Assembly (NCBI RefSeq): GCF_006345805.1
Contig: NC_043009.1
Location: 36,146,001 to 36,210,000 of the forward strand
DNA: 64,000 nt
Reading direction: 5' to 3'
Origin: Octopus sinensis
Lineage: Eukaryota
Part shown: piece by piece, positions 13,901 to 29,771 of the stretch
Layout: the number at the start of each line of letters is the position of its first letter
Position numbering within the stretch: the stretch's first letter is position 1
Program-made: the position numbers and the translations under genes
Notes under the pieces: model-generated
Databases searched by the model: none
The model's input: only the letters and a program-made list of their open reading frames with translations
What the model was told of the DNA's origin: nothing

Positions 13901-14387
13901 CAAGGTGGCAATTATATGTTTAAGGATGTGCCAACAACATAATATGAAATAGAATAAACGTATACATGTTGTAATGGGAATCAAAATATTCAAGTTATAC
14001 TTTCCATCAGAAGCAGTGACTTTTAATTAAAGATATTGCTCTTATGCCAGAACTATTTATTATTTATTTAACGTCTATTTCAGAGTTGGAGGTCATTTGT
14101 AACCTCTTAATTGTTAAAAGTGTAACACTATACGAATTAAGCTGGTTAACGAAGCACAGAGCTTATCTTCGGATTGGTGAACGTTTAAAGAAATTAGGGA
14201 TAAATAAACCCCCAAGGATAGGTTGCTGAATTATCGTATGACTGACTTTCCCCAAAAGTATTGCTATTTGCCTGTCTGTTTTTATGTATATCAGTTGTAG
14301 TAATAACTGGAAAAAAATGGAGAAAAAGAGAAGTATGGGGCAGAGAAAGACAGGGAGAAAGAGACAGAGAGGTAGAAAGGTAGAGAT

Positions 14388-14452
<65 letters not shown>

Positions 14453-14805
14453 AATAAATGAGATGAATAATTAGAAAGAATTGGAGAAGGAGCGAGTCTG
14501 AGCTGGAAAAGGAATGTTCCCAAAGTAATTTGTAATTGCATTAATTAGTCTCCTTATTAGAGCTGTAACAACTAACATACTGATTTTGTAATTACAACTT
14601 ACCACTACGTCCATTACACCACCACCACCACCATCACGGCCACGTTACTACCATTACCGCCAACACCAACGCCACTGCAAACACCACCACCACCGCCACC
14701 ACCACAACCACCACCACCACCACCGCCGCCGCCCCCGCCGCCACCGCCACGACCACGACCACGACCACGACCATCACCACGACGACGACGACGACGACCA
14801 CCACC

Positions 14806-14837
<32 letters not shown>

Positions 14838-15929
14838 CAACGCCAATGATTGTTCCTGGTTCCTTCAGAGGCAAACCCCAAATTTATGTTACAATGATTA
14901 TTATATTGCCATTATAACCTCGACATCACTAAGAAAGGAGTAACGCCAACTTTTTCTGCCAGCTACCACCACCACCGCCAGTATCACCCCCATCAACAAC
15001 AACAATTCCACTCCCATCCCATCAATGTCACGACGACCACGACGAATACCAGCACCAGCACCACCACCACCATTACGGCCACTACGAGAACCACGACCAC
15101 CACGACTACCACGACAACATAATATCCAGTTAATTTCCTAACATTTGAAGCCATCAATACAAATGTAATTATTGGATTCTCTTTCTCTATATCACTGTCA
15201 CTGTAGCGGTGGTGGTAGTGGTGGTGGTGGTGGTGGTGGTTTTCGGTGGTGGTAGTGGTGGTGGTGATGGTAGTGGTGGTGGTGGTGGTGGTGGTGGTGG
15301 TGGTGGTGGTGTGGTGGTGGTAGTGGTGGTGGTGGTGGTGGTGGTGGTGGTTACAGTGATGGATATAGGAGTGATGGTGGCGGTGGGGTGGTAGTGATTG
15401 TCGTTATGGTTGTGGAGTCGATGGTGGTGTTGTTGCTGTTGGTGGTGTTTGTAGACGTAGTTATAGTCATGGTATTGCTATTGCTGCTGTTGGTTTTGAG
15501 TTGTAATAGAGATGGCTAGTTGAGGCGTGGCGGCCCTCAGCATACAAAAGTTTCCAAGGTCAGCCTGTCTGAAATTCCTACGTTTTGGCATGAAGACTAA
15601 AACATGGGTGGGGCAGATACTGAAGACCTTATGAATACCTATCTATCCTCAGCTATATTCTGCTAAATGCCTCTCTATATCCAGCTTTACCCAGCTAAAT
15701 ACATATCTGTACTCGGCAAAATAACGGTCTATATAGAGTCATACTTAGCCAAATACCTATCTGGATTTATAGACACGTCCTGTCTATCTCTGCGATTGTT
15801 TCTTAATGCAGGGTGAATATTATTGGCCACTGTTGTGGTACAGGACATCAAGGCGTATCATGTTATATACAGCTGCATGCAACCTGATAAAGAAGACGAC
15901 ACAACAGCATTGGTGTTGTTGGCAGAGAA

Positions 15930-15931
15930 CA

Positions 15932-16024
<93 letters not shown>

Positions 16025-16077
16025 CATCCATCCATCTGTCTGTCTGTCGTCTGTCTGTCTGTCTGTCTGTCCGCATG

Positions 16078-16159
<82 letters not shown>

Positions 16160-16161
16160 GC

Positions 16162-16194
<33 letters not shown>

Positions 16195-16379
16195 AGACTG
16201 TCTGTATAGATGTCTGTGTGTCTGTGTCTGTCTTTGTTTGTGTGCGTGTTTGTCGGTCAGTCTGTCTCTACATACATATATACACATGCATACTTATAGA
16301 CACACACAAACATATATACTTATAATTAGACGGACAGACAGTTAGAAGGATAGATAGGTAAATAAATAAATAGACAGAC

Positions 16380-16417
<38 letters not shown>

Positions 16418-16418
16418 G

Positions 16419-16457
<39 letters not shown>

Positions 16458-16500
16458 ATAGATAGACAAACAGAGACAGAAAGACAGACAGACAGACAGA
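15930..16500. repeat. (CTAT)n/(CTGT)n block followed by its reverse-complement (ATAG)n/(ACAG)n block
   Basis: Read directly from the sequence. Confidence 0.9.
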
Positions 16501-16904
16501 TGGGCTACAACCTGATTTGATTGGGGCTTTAAGTTTCTGCTAGCTTGAACGTTAAACATGGAGACCCAGTCAACTCGAATTTTACAAGTTGGACCCTACT
16601 CACAGTATTGGATGACCCCATCAGTAAATGTTTTAAGGCTCCGTTTTAAAGCATGCTTTAAAATAGGCATGTATGTATGTCATTATTCAGTTTATTTCAA
16701 GATTTCTTGTCAATAGAGAAAGACTCGGTTTCTAACCTAGATCCAAGGCTCCTTCATTGGAATTTCAACATCAACAACAGGGTATTTTTTATGTATGTAT
16801 GTATGTATGTATGTATGTATGTATGTATGTATGTATGTATGTATGTATGTATGTATGTATGTATGTAGTGTGTGTGTATGTATGTATGTATGTATGTATG
16901 TCTG

Positions 16905-17300
16905 TGTTACATGGTCGAATCGTCGGCGACTAAACCGGCTACTACATCAAGCCTGCTTGGTATGGTGGGTGTTTTCCGTTGGACATCCAAACTGGTACTC
17001 CATTGGTTACGACGACGAGTGTCCCAAGTGATCCAATCAACGGAACAGTCTATTCGTGAAATTAACGTGCAACTGGCTGAGCACTCACAGACACGCGTAC
17101 CCTTAACGTAGGTTACACTGCGATTCAGCATGATAAAGGACGTGAGAAGCCTAACCCTTTGAATTACAGGAACAACTCCATGAGTGGACTGGAGCACCGT
17201 GAAATAAAATGTCTTGTTCAAGGACAAAACGCGTCGACAGGAATCGAACTTACGACCTTACGATCATGAATCGAATAGCCTAACCACTAAGCCATGCGCA
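16905..17300 (-). mobile_element. SINE family C-related copy
   Basis: Shares gatc.aatcaacggaacag.ct..tcgtgaaattaacgtg...ctgagcactc with 5763-5880; tRNA-like head at about 17230-17300. Confidence 0.75.
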
Positions 17301-18193
17301 TCCTGAAGGACAAAAGAAAATCCTGAAAAGGAAGAGATGAACTCAGTAGAATCAAGAGCCATTGAACAGCAAGGAGCGGGTGACACTTGTCTTTATTTTG
17401 ACATCTCTCTGTGCGAAAGAAATATTTGGTGTATCTCCTGCAATAACACTTACACTCAGTTACGTAGACTAGTTATTATTGGAGAAATGCGTAAGTTGCT
17501 TAGAGAAAGAGATTGGCCTTGTGCTAGGTCTTTCCTCACTTTGCAACGCTTCAGACTCAAGTATCGCTTCATTTTTAACATCGCCATTATGTACTGCATA
17601 CTATGGCTGGCCGTAGTCGAGAACGGCCGAACATTCAATGAAAAATTCCATGGTGGAATAAAGGCATGTCGTGCTAATGGTGTGTATTACGCCCTCTGAA
17701 GGCCTCCTGCAAGAGGAATCCGTCGCTGTCACATTTGGGCAAAAACGTTTGGGTACCTAGAGGGATTGAAAAGTCACATCCGTACCGCTTTAAGAAAACA
17801 AACAGGTGATGTCTGCACAAAATCGAATTGCAGCCATCATACATACATACATACATACATACATACATACATACATACATACATACATACATACATACAC
17901 ACATTTTCATACATACATATATATATATATATATAAGTAATATTTGTAGTCACTTCAACATAGATATCCGTTCGAATGGACTCTACTGCGATGAGGACAT
18001 CTACTGCAACTGGTTAACGATGCAAAGCTGCATCCGATAAATTGCGAGCAGGGGAAGTGGCTACGAATAAGTTAGTGGTTCGGCAAAATAAACCGATAAA
18101 ATAAACACTAGGCATACAAGGAATAAGTCCTGGGGTCGATTTCTTCAACTAAAAAGCCCTTGAAAGCGGAGCTCCAGCATGGCCGCAATAAAG

Positions 18194-18225
<32 letters not shown>

Positions 18226-18338
18226 TGTATGTGCGTATGTGTGTATGTATGTATAACAGTTAAGCTTCGTGCAATGGCCATACTCGATAACGAGGGGGCA
18301 GCCATCATGTATGTATGTCTCTATCTATCAATCAATCA

Positions 18339-18496
<158 letters not shown>

Positions 18497-19713
18497 TTAT
18501 CTATCTTATATTCATACACAAATATATATATATACCATACGTATGAACGTAGATAGAACCATAAGCAAATATAAGAGGAGTCAGCTAGTCAACCGATCAT
18601 CACAGCCGGACAGACAGATACACAAATGAGAGAGCGCAGAGACACAAGGCAGTCAGGCAGTTAGACAGGCAAGCAGAGAAGCAGACAATCAGGCAGTAGA
18701 CTGAACAGCATGCTACACTAACCACATGTAGATAATTGGATTGGGGAAAACTTCAGCATTTTGACTGCCTTAACAAATTGATAACACTATGGCTGACGCT
18801 GCAGTGATATATAGGTGATGTTTGTGTGTGTGTATATATGTGTGTGCGAGTGCGTTCACACAAAGATATACACACATGTATGTATTGCATATAATTGAAT
18901 ATATATATTCATATATTTAGGTGTGTGTGTGTATACAGGCATATATAAACATATATATCAGTATACAGACATACATTTATAAATGTATGTAAATATGTTG
19001 TGCGTGCGTGTAAGTGCGCGTGTTTATGTATGTATATGTGCGTGTATATATATGTGTGTATAATATGAGTGCATATATACATATACATACATACACACAT
19101 ATATATATTATATACATATACATGTGTGTGGTATGTTATGTGATGTATGTGTATGTTTGTGTATGTGTGTGTATGTATGCATGTGTGTATCTGTATGTGT
19201 GTCTGTGTATACACACATACACCCATATATATATACACACAAATATCTGTATATATATATGTATGTGTGTGTGTGTGCGCATGTGCATGCGTGTGTGTGT
19301 GTATATATTTATATGTTTATATATATGATTGTGTGTTTATGTATGCATGTGTAGTTTGTAAAGCCGGAATATGTGTGGAATGATTGTCTCCTCATCCTGT
19401 CTCACTCTGGTTTTCTTTCAAGATGGCGACAGTTTATTCCATGATGTCGTTATGGTATCACATGATGTGATCTATCTATGTATATATATGATAATACAAC
19501 TAGATCAAGATATTGTATGGTATCATCATTGCCTCTACCACCACTAACACCACCACTATTACCACCCCACCCCCCACCCCCACCATCACGATCACCATCA
19601 CCATCATCATCATCATCATCATCATCCTCATCATCGTCAGCACCATAACCACCACCATCATCACCACCACCTCCACTACCACCACCTCCAACACCAGCAC
19701 CGCCACCAACATC

Positions 19714-19753
<40 letters not shown>

Positions 19754-19851
19754 CAACCACCACCATCACCATCACCACCACCACCATCACCACCACCTCC
19801 ATCACCACCACCTCCATCACCAGCGCCACAACTACCACCACCACCAACATC

Positions 19852-19882
<31 letters not shown>

Positions 19883-20073
19883 TTACAACCACCACCGTCA
19901 CCACCACCACCACCACCGTGATCGTCATCGTCATCGTCATCATCATCGTCATCATCATCATCATCATAAACAAAAATAGCATGATGTCATCATAATCATT
20001 ACGATCATATACACGATAGTCATCGCCATCATCATGAACGTCATCATCGTCATCATTATCATATTTGTGTGTA

Positions 20074-20112
<39 letters not shown>

Positions 20113-20330
20113 GCGTGTGTGTGTGTTGTGAGTACATGTGTATTTCTGCATGCATAAAATAAATAATCTCTTTTACAAACAGATTTATTTTTAACATTGT
20201 ATTATTGCAAAAATGATTATTATTTCACTGCAGAAACAGGTATTTATTGGTTGCTGTTTGACTAAAACATTAATCTATAAAAAAACAACAACTTCTCGTG
20301 CGCGTGTGTATGTGCGTATGAGTGTGTGTA

Positions 20331-20397
<67 letters not shown>

Positions 20398-20519
20398 TGT
20401 GTGTGTGTGTCTGCGTATGGGAGTATTATTTATAAATCTATGTTTGCTTCTTGTGCATAATCTTTAGTTCTCCAGTTTTAGTTGTCACAGAGAAAATATG
20501 TATGTGTGTGTGTGTATAT

Positions 20520-21290
20520 GGAACAAGTTAAAATAATGGTCATTCCATATAATTCATTTGTTAGAGCAAATTTGGTTTGCAGCTCTTTCCAGCAATCATT
20601 ATATTCACTCCATTTATAGTCACTCTGTAAAAACCAGTTTATATGGAGACCATCCACGGATTTACAATATAGAATTGTGATGAACCATAACTTGGAACCC
20701 TACCAAAAGAATACCTACCAAAAAAGTTATTCTTTAATCCAATTAATTTTGTTAGCCTGATGTGTGGTGTGCCACCAGAGAACTTACGAAGCATTTTTGC
20801 TGGATTGAAAATTTCTCACTATATATATATATATATAAATCGGGCGTAGCTGTGTGGTAAGAAGCTTGCTTCCCAACCACATACTTCCGGGTTCTGTCCC
20901 ACTGAGTTGCACCTTGGCCTATAGTCTTCTTCTGTAGGTCTCGGGTCTACCAAAGCCTGGTCTGTGTATTTGGTAGGCGGAAGCTGAAAGAAACCGTCGT
21001 ATGTTTTGTAATGAAAACTTTTTCTTTCACCCGTAGGGATATGGGTATTATCTTTAAGTTCTAGACGCCTAGTTACAAAGTTTGATGAGAAATTATAGAC
21101 CAGGAAATACAGATCTAATAATTTTGATATAACGATGGGATCTAGCGACTCTGCGCAAGTCACAGAGCTTGTCAGAATATTGCACTGTTTATTGCATTGT
21201 TTACATAAGTTTCCTTGATATCTCGGGTGGGTTGTACTGGGAGGATGCATTCCTAGAAGTAGCTAATTGCGTATTGAAAAGATTAAGAGA
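20520..21290 (+). mobile_element. Second, older Penelope-like RT remnant, split by a family A SINE (about 20840-21030)
   Basis: The + strand gives SVKTSLY (cf. SVKTGNLY in the 42 kb copy) and NNFDITMGSSDSAQVTELV...ISGGLYWEDA (cf. FDITMGSADSAQVTDLVG...GGLYRDDA). Confidence 0.8.
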
Positions 21291-22114
21291 CTGCTAAAAT
21301 GGCAATTTTGGCAATTTCATGGCAATATGTTTCTGCAATAACGGTTTTTCCGGGTTTTAAGAAGTTATAGCGGACGAGTTCAGCAGTACACTACCAAACA
21401 GTCACCATAACCTTCTTTTTGAAGAGTTCGGGTATAAGGAAGGTTTTTGGTGCTTCATTTTGGTCCAACCACTGCGAAGAACCTTTTTTTTTATTATTGT
21501 ACAGAATCCACTTTTCGTCGCAAGTTACAATACAGTCGAGAAAATTTCATATCTGCAATTTTCTGATTTTCACTCAAATCGTGTAGTACTCATTTGTCGA
21601 GCATTTTTGATTTTCCGATCGTATGCAAATAGTTGCAGGCAGTTTTCTGGCTAACTTGAAGTTCTTTTGCCAGTTCTCGAGTGGTTTTACGTGGGCCTTT
21701 CTCAATGACGGTCATTAATTGACCGTCGTCGATGACAGATGGGCGTCCACTACGCTCACGATCTTCAAGTCTCAGGTCTCCACTGCGTTTAAACTATTTT
21801 CGAGCTGACCACTCACTGGTCATTTCCTCATCAAACGTTTCATTGATATCGCGAACAGTTTCAGCTACTTTACATCCTTTTTTTGAAGTTGAATAGCAAA
21901 ATTACTCGAATATCGCGCTTTGACAATTCCATTTCAGGTGATTGTAACAACGGTGAAAAAAATATCAATGCTAATTTATTGATGCATTTGGGCACGTCTA
22001 TGTCTGTGTTTTCAGACAAAAAAAATGTTAAAAAAAAACATTCAAAACTCTGCAAAAATTCGGTACAAATTCTCCATTATTCAAAACATTGCTTACTTTT
22101 TACTCAATCTGATA
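21290..22114 (-). mobile_element. Mariner transposase remnant, 5' two-thirds with left TIR
   Basis: TIR-like tatcagattgagtaaaaagtaagc; MELSKRDIRVILLFNFK...EDRERSGRPS...TTRELAKEL...VTCDEKWILYNN...KKVMVTVW, with stops. Confidence 0.9.
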
Positions 22115-22957
22115 GTTTGTAATTGTTGTTGCTGCTGCTGTTGCTCTTATCATTGTGGTTGTGATTGTTGCGGTTGTGTGTCTGGGATGGCTCGTGCATG
22201 TGGTGTTGTTGGTTGAGGTAGTGTTTCAGGTGTTCGGTAGAGGTGGCGAACCAGTGTCTGTTTTGGGTGCATTCATCTTTAGCTTCCTTCTTTGTGTGGA
22301 ATCTCACCTCCATCATCCCTAGCCCCTTCCTCTCTGTATGTATTCCTTTGCGTTCCTTTTGTGCGGAATCCCACCTCCATCATCCCGTAGCCCCTTCCAA
22401 TCTGTATGTATTCCTTTAGGTTCCAGACAAAACCTACAGCTTTTTTATATTTGAGCCTCTGTGGCTCTTTCCACCTTCCTTGACTTTAACCCAGTTGTAC
22501 AGTACGTCACTGTGCGACGCAACATACTTTGGATAGTGTCTATGGGGGTGTTTAGCTTGACATCTCGCTCGACTAGCTGTCAGGCATTTCTAACTTCCTC
22601 TTCTCAGAAGAGAGGAAGAAAGTTCATTGCTATTCCAAGCCGTTGCAGCGGCTTGTTGCTCATTTCTTCGTCGTTCTTATCGTTGTTGTTGGTGTTACTA
22701 CTGCTGTTGTTGTTGTTGTTTCACCTGTACTAGTGTTGTTATAGTAGTTGTTATTGCTGTTGTTGTTTGTTGTGTCACTTCACACACGGAATGGCTTTCG
22801 TTATTTATATTTTCAAAGGTATTGTTGCTATTTTGAATCATGTTGTCGAAACGGGAGCCTTTAAGAGATCTTTCTCGAAAAAATTTGGCCCTCTGTCCAC
22901 ACTCTCTCATAATGACTCTCTCCCCTCTTTCACATATGAGCGTCACCGTATCGCACA

Positions 22958-22996
<39 letters not shown>

Positions 22997-23600
22997 CCGA
23001 CAGGCTACTTTCAGTTTCCGTCTACCAGATCCACTCACAAGTGTTTGGTCAGCCCGAGGCTATAGCAGAAGCCACTTGCTCAAGGTGCCACGCAATGGGA
23101 CTGAACCCGAAACCATGTGACCGACCAGGCTAACATGTAACACATCGCTTGTCACAGTGCGCTTTTGCATAAGTAAACATACATATATATGCACATATAT
23201 ATATGTATGCATATATACATACATACTTGTGTGTGAGCGCGTGCGTATCCCTATATGCATACTATATAGTATGTCCATGTATACAGATATAATACATAAA
23301 TAACATACATAAAATAGACACACACGCGCTCGCACTCACACCCTCACACACATATATGCACGTATATGTTATGTATATATGTATGACACAGTGGGAGATA
23401 AAAGTTTTATCTTACTATGCTCTACATGCTACATCTAACATTTCCCCTGACTGTCACAATCTTTTAAATAACCCCCAACAACAACACAACAACAATAACC
23501 ACAACAATAATAGCAACAACAACAAACAACAACAGCATAATCATACGTACTTCAAGAACTTCTATATGTCTGTTACTCTTCTCAGTCGCTTTCGATAGAG

Positions 23601-23685
<85 letters not shown>

Positions 23686-23771
23686 ACTACTATTACTACC
23701 ACCACCACCACCACCACAACACCACCACCACCACCACCACCACCGCCACCACCACCACCACCACCACCACC

Positions 23772-23848
<77 letters not shown>

Positions 23849-24224
23849 TACTACTACAGTTGATGCTTGTACTATCATCATCACCACCACGTCCCCTACC
23901 ACCACCACCATCACCACCACCCAAAAGGACCATTATTTTCATAGCAAAGCTTGCGATAATTTCCTAAGGTTCTGTCGACACTCTCAAAAGAATTATGAGC
24001 CCTAAATTATCAACAAGGAATCTGATAGTGAACGGAATCGATTAATATTCCAAATAATGTCATTTTGCCGTCCATTTTTCAGTAGAATTACATCGATCAA
24101 TTCAAAGAAGAACAAAATAAAGAATAAAATAAATGAATATAATAAAATATAATAAACAAAAACAGAAAAGAAATAAAACATTCAAAGAAAGAACTTTTAC
24201 TTCAAATAAATTTGCTTACACAAT

Positions 24225-25180
24225 ATTATGATTGTATATGTATGTATGTATGTATGTATGTTTGTATGTATGTATGTATGTATGTATGTATGTATGTATG
24301 TATGTATGTATGTATGTATGTGTGTATGTATGTATGTGTGTATGTATGTATGTGTGTATGTATGTATGTATGTATGTATGTATGTATGTATGTATGTATG
24401 TGTGTATGTATGTATGTGTGTATGTATGTATGTATGTATGTATGTATGTATGTATGGATGTATGTATGTATGTGTGTATGTATGTAGTGTGTATGTATTG
24501 GTGTGTATGTATGTGTGTATGTATGTGTGTATGTATGTTGTATGTATGTATGTGTGTATGTATGTATGTATGTATGTATGTATGTATGAATGTATGTGTG
24601 TGTGTATGTATGTGTGTGTGTATGTATGTATGTATGTATGAATGTATGTATGTATGTGTATATGTGTGTGTGTATGTATGTATGTATGTATGTATGTATG
24701 TATTTATGTATGTATGTATGTATGTATGTATGTATGTATGTATGTATGTATGTGTATGTATGTATGTATGTATGTGTGTCTGTATGTGTGTATGTATGTA
24801 TGTATGTATGTATGTATGTGTGTGTATGTGTGTATGTATGTGTGTGTATGTCTGTGTGTATGTATGTATGTATGTATGTATGTATGTGTGTATGTATGTA
24901 TGTATGTATGTGTGTATGTATGTATGTGTGTATGTATGTGTGTATGTATGTGTGTATGTATGTATGTATGTATGTATGTATGTATGTGTGTATATATGTA
25001 TGTGTGTATGTATGTATGTATGTATGTGTGTAAGTATGTGTGTATGTATGTGTGTGTGTGTATGTTTATGTGTATATATGTATGTATGTATATATGTATG
25101 TATGTATGTATGTATGTGTGCATGTATGTGTGTATGTATGTGTGTATATATGTATGTATGTATAATATATGTATGTGTGT
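24225..25180. repeat. ~950-bp degenerate (GTAT)n microsatellite
   Basis: Read directly from the sequence; it is the source of the MYVC ORFs. Confidence 0.98.
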
Positions 25181-25601
25181 GACTGTTGAAGAAGTGAAAA
25201 GGAGAGATAGAGAAACAGAGAGAGAGAGAGAAAGAGAAAAACTATGCCAAACATCCAACACATTATTTGATTACATTTACTCAATAAACTGCGGCCATGC
25301 TGGTGCACTAGCTAAAAGGAAAAGTTAATCATATCGACCTCATTTATTTCATCGTTTTTGTTTTTGTTTGTTGAACGCGACATAAAGGCCATACTACGTG
25401 ACCGACATAGACACATACACACACATACACACACACGTATGTGTGTATGTTTGTGTTTATGTATGTGTGTATGTATGCGTTCATTGTGTGTGTGTGTGTG
25501 TGTGTATTGATATATATTGTTATACTTGGGGCTGGTCATATTTTGCCAATTTAAACACACGTACTATATATTTGTTCTCCACTTAACTTAATATATATAA
25601 T

Positions 25602-25637
<36 letters not shown>

Positions 25638-25656
25638 ATAATAATCTATATATATA

Positions 25657-25699
<43 letters not shown>

Positions 25700-26723
25700 T
25701 ACATTGATATGTATGCCTATACGTATATAGAAATAAAATATGTTAAGAGAAATAATTCACTGTAATCAATAAAAACGAAGAAAGGAATACCAAATATCAT
25801 ACAGAATACATTGAAATTTTGAAAGAAGGTAAACAAACACCTAACGGTAATCGTTGTTAATGAAGGTTATGCCCCCATCTCCGAATGCAAAGAATCTCAA
25901 GGAATCAACAATTTATCGGAATTAACATGTCATTAAGGGAAAGACACTGTCTTTTTCTAGGAGGCTCTTGGCAGTTTCCGTCAATGTATTTATCAATCCG
26001 AAAATATAGTAGAAGACACATGTTCAAGATAGACAAGAAAAGAAACTGGCCTAATTGGTTTTAGTATTGTATTTTTTTTATCGCTTCATCAGGCATGTGT
26101 AATGTGCTGTTCTGACTACAGAAAGAATAGTACTTTATAGCTGTTTATGCTATGCACAAATTCAAATAGAATTAAATTGGTCTGCCCTACTTCTTGTAGC
26201 AGTACAAGCACTGGCGGGAGGAGAAAAAATAAAGATAGAAAATTATGATTTAGCTTGGGTATCCACTTTTGGCAACGAAACTGTTTACTCTGCACACTTG
26301 CACTTAGGTTTATGTTACAGGTCTATTAAACATAAGGTGGTAACTTGTAATTTTAAAAACTAATTGTTCACACTGCTTACGTTTATTCTTTTATGCAAAT
26401 TAGGACTGGGTGAATTTAATTCTATCCTTGTTTGTGTATATCATACACAGCTACAAGTTACTATTGTCTCTGTGGTCAGCAAAATGTGTAACTGATCTCT
26501 GATGAGGCAAGGCATACTGACACTAGCCAGGGCGATTTCCTTTTCTTAATTACAGAGAGGACTATTTCTTTATTCACCATAAGGTTGAGAAGAAGAGGGG
26601 ACAATACGGGGACAGACAAAACAAACGTTGGGGTCATGGTATCGAATGAGACGAAACGTATGAATTAACAAACAATTAAAATATGTACAATTAAATGAGA
26701 ATGAGTGATTAACAAAAAATTAC

Positions 26724-26804
<81 letters not shown>

Positions 26805-28607
26805 TACGTGGTTTAACCTCAAAATTCACAGTTCGAAAGAAGAGCATCTTTGCTTTTTCTTTTAGGAAAAAAACATTATCATCATCATCGTCGTCATTGT
26901 AGTCGTAGCCGTCGTTGTCGTCGTCATCATATCATTGCCGCTGCTGTCGTCGACGTCGTTAGCTTCATCACCATTAATCACCTGAGATGTGAAGATAGGA
27001 ACTACCATAGATACGCTCTTAAATGACAAATAGCAATTAATTTAAAACACGCACACACACACGCACGAACACAAACCCACCACTGATGAATGGTACAGAT
27101 GTGCGTTTTATAAGTGTACCACGTTACCTCCTTAGGATGTATCACGAACAACTCATTCTTGTTGAACCCACCCCAAGCTACATCAGTGGTAAACTCCAAG
27201 CTACATCAATGGTAGACGCAAAGTTTTCAAATGAAGTGAGCCACCCGAAGCTTTAGGCCCTTCTCTGCAGGAGGCAGGCTCCCGAGGTGTCAAGCGATGG
27301 TGTTAAACCAATCAAAGAATGAAGTTCATCGCCTATGTAGGCCACAATAGGATTTGAACTCAGAACACTAAGAAAGAGCCGGAACAAATACTGCAAGGCA
27401 TCTGGTCCAGCATTCTCACAGTTCTGTCGATCCGTCACTCTGGGACAGTCTTTTGTGTGAACAGTTTGTATTTACTGCTTGTTGAGGCGAACGAATCACT
27501 GCCGCTATCCTTCTACTCTACTAATTCTGTTGATGTTTAGCGACGTTGAGATTCGAACGTGCTATTGCATCCTAACGGAGCACTCGTTACATTGCAAAGC
27601 CACATTAACTTTATATCCCTGCACCCCATTTGCTTTACAGAAGATAGACTGCACACATGGTATCTTCAATGATGTCTTGCAGCAAAGCTGGGCAAGTAAT
27701 CAATTTATGTAGTCGTTGCGTTCTTGCTCCTTTTCTCACTTCATCTCTGATTAGACGGGCATAAGATCGAAGGCATTCTCTCTGTGACAATACTATCTAA
27801 TCGGACCTTTGCTAAGAGGGTAGGATATAATTTGAAGGGAATTTGGTTGCTATTTTTAGTAAGACAAGTGACCACGTAGGGAATTCGTGTTGCGCTTATA
27901 GTTAGTTAGGTTGCACTTATTATAAGCTGGAAGAACTGGACCAATGAGAATTAAGACGAGTAGTTAGAGGTATTGTGTGACTAAACAGATATCTGGCTCT
28001 AATTCAACAGTGGCTGACGATGTGAATAGTGACCAAAGCATTTATATGACCCATGAGGTAACATTCTTATGTAGAATATTTGAGGTATATTCTTTGTTTT
28101 ACACCCACTCACACACGTACACACATATAGACACACACAGATTTACATACACACACCACACACACATATAGCCACACACACATACATATACATACATACA
28201 TACATACATACATACATACATACATACATACATACATGCATATATATTTTTAGATGTATGTATATGAGCATATGTATTATGTATCGATATATATATTTAT
28301 GTGTGTGTGTATATATATTTATATATACATACATACATGCATACATACATGCATACATACATACATATACACATACAGAGCCGTCTTAGCAGACTTACAG
28401 GCCTCGTGTAAATCAATGCACTGGGCGTATGTATGTATGTATGTATGTAGGTAGGTATGTATGTATGTATGTATGTATGTATGTAGGTAGGTAGGTAGAT
28501 AGGTATGTATGTATATATGTATGTATAGACGTTAACAAGATGTTTTTAAGGTTCGAATGTATTTTGTCATAACATTAGTTGTTGAATCAGTGAATTCATA
28601 TGAAAAG

Positions 28608-28645
<38 letters not shown>

Positions 28646-29377
28646 TGAGGAAAGGGGGAAGAGAACGTAGACCAGCAGGTGGTGGTGGTGGTGGTGGTGG
28701 TCACGGAGGGGGTGTAATAGGAGAACCAAGAAATAACTAACAGCACAACATAACAAAATAATCAAAACCGCTGTGTTTCAAGCCGACATTAATCTCGACA
28801 TAGCGTTAGTAGTCGGAGAAGTACTTTATTTTATTTATTTATTTATTTATCTATTTGTTTGTTTTCGTATGTAAAAAGCTTTTCTTTGTAATAATCACAC
28901 CGATAGGAAGATAACAATGTTGTAAAGCAACAATCATTTGTATTAACCTGTCTCTGATAGCAGCAGTAGGTCGGAGATATCGGATGGCGTTACACCCTGC
29001 CTTAATGTAACAACAGAAATCAGTCATTAGTCGTTTTGAAACCAAATTCCAAGACACATCAAGATGTCGAAGTAACAAGATGTCTCATTGGTTCTCAGTG
29101 GCAAAATCAACATTTCCTATTGTTCCTGGAGTTTCATCAAAGATTATCAAGGACGATCATACAAAGGCAGCGGATTATTGTTGTCGTTTAGCTCTAGGCC
29201 AGTTCTGATCAAACATACTATGTTCAAAGACGTTCCAACTATGACCATACCAGCTTATTTTCGGGCAATATATCTTGGTATTCATTATCCAATGTTGAAC
29301 TTGAACTAATTTTTATAAACTATTATTATTATTGTTGTTGTTGTTGTTGTTATTATTGCTGTTGTTGTTGTTGTTGT

Positions 29378-29419
<42 letters not shown>

Positions 29420-29528
29420 GGACGAAATGCTTAGCGGTTTTTCGCCCGTCACTACGTTCTGAGCTCAAATTCCACCGAGGTCGGCTTTGTCTTTCATCTT
29501 TTCGGGGTCGATAAATTAAGTACCAGTT

Positions 29529-29696
29529 CTAAATTTAAGGGATGAGGAAGTATGTACATTATTTACATTCGACGGATATTTGTCCTCGTCTTGTTTGTTA
29601 TTAAGACAACGTTTCGGCTGATATACCCTCCAGCCTTCTTCAGGTGTCTTGGGGGAAATTTCGAACCTGGGTTCTCATTCATAAGGTATTTTTCGA

Positions 29697-29771
<75 letters not shown>

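Noticed and set aside
19405-19460. Acceptor plus ATGGCG (YY1-like or start exon, MATVYSMMSL)
   Set aside because: Very short, with a weak donor, and sandwiched between microsatellites; expected by chance.
22300-22430. Two ~67-bp tandem copies within possibly coding-like sequence
   Set aside because: A simple local duplication; no family motif or third unit recognised.
24212-25328. Long ORFs (up to 316 aa) of MYVC/HTYI type, and similar [10 protein letters not shown], poly-V/G/T ORFs across the window
   Set aside because: They are translations of di-, tri- and tetranucleotide microsatellites that lack stops in some frames; no real protein signal.
26490-26550. ctgatgaggc as a hammerhead core or C/D snoRNA box
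   Set aside because: No GAAA after the putative stem II and no terminal stem or box spacing for a snoRNA.
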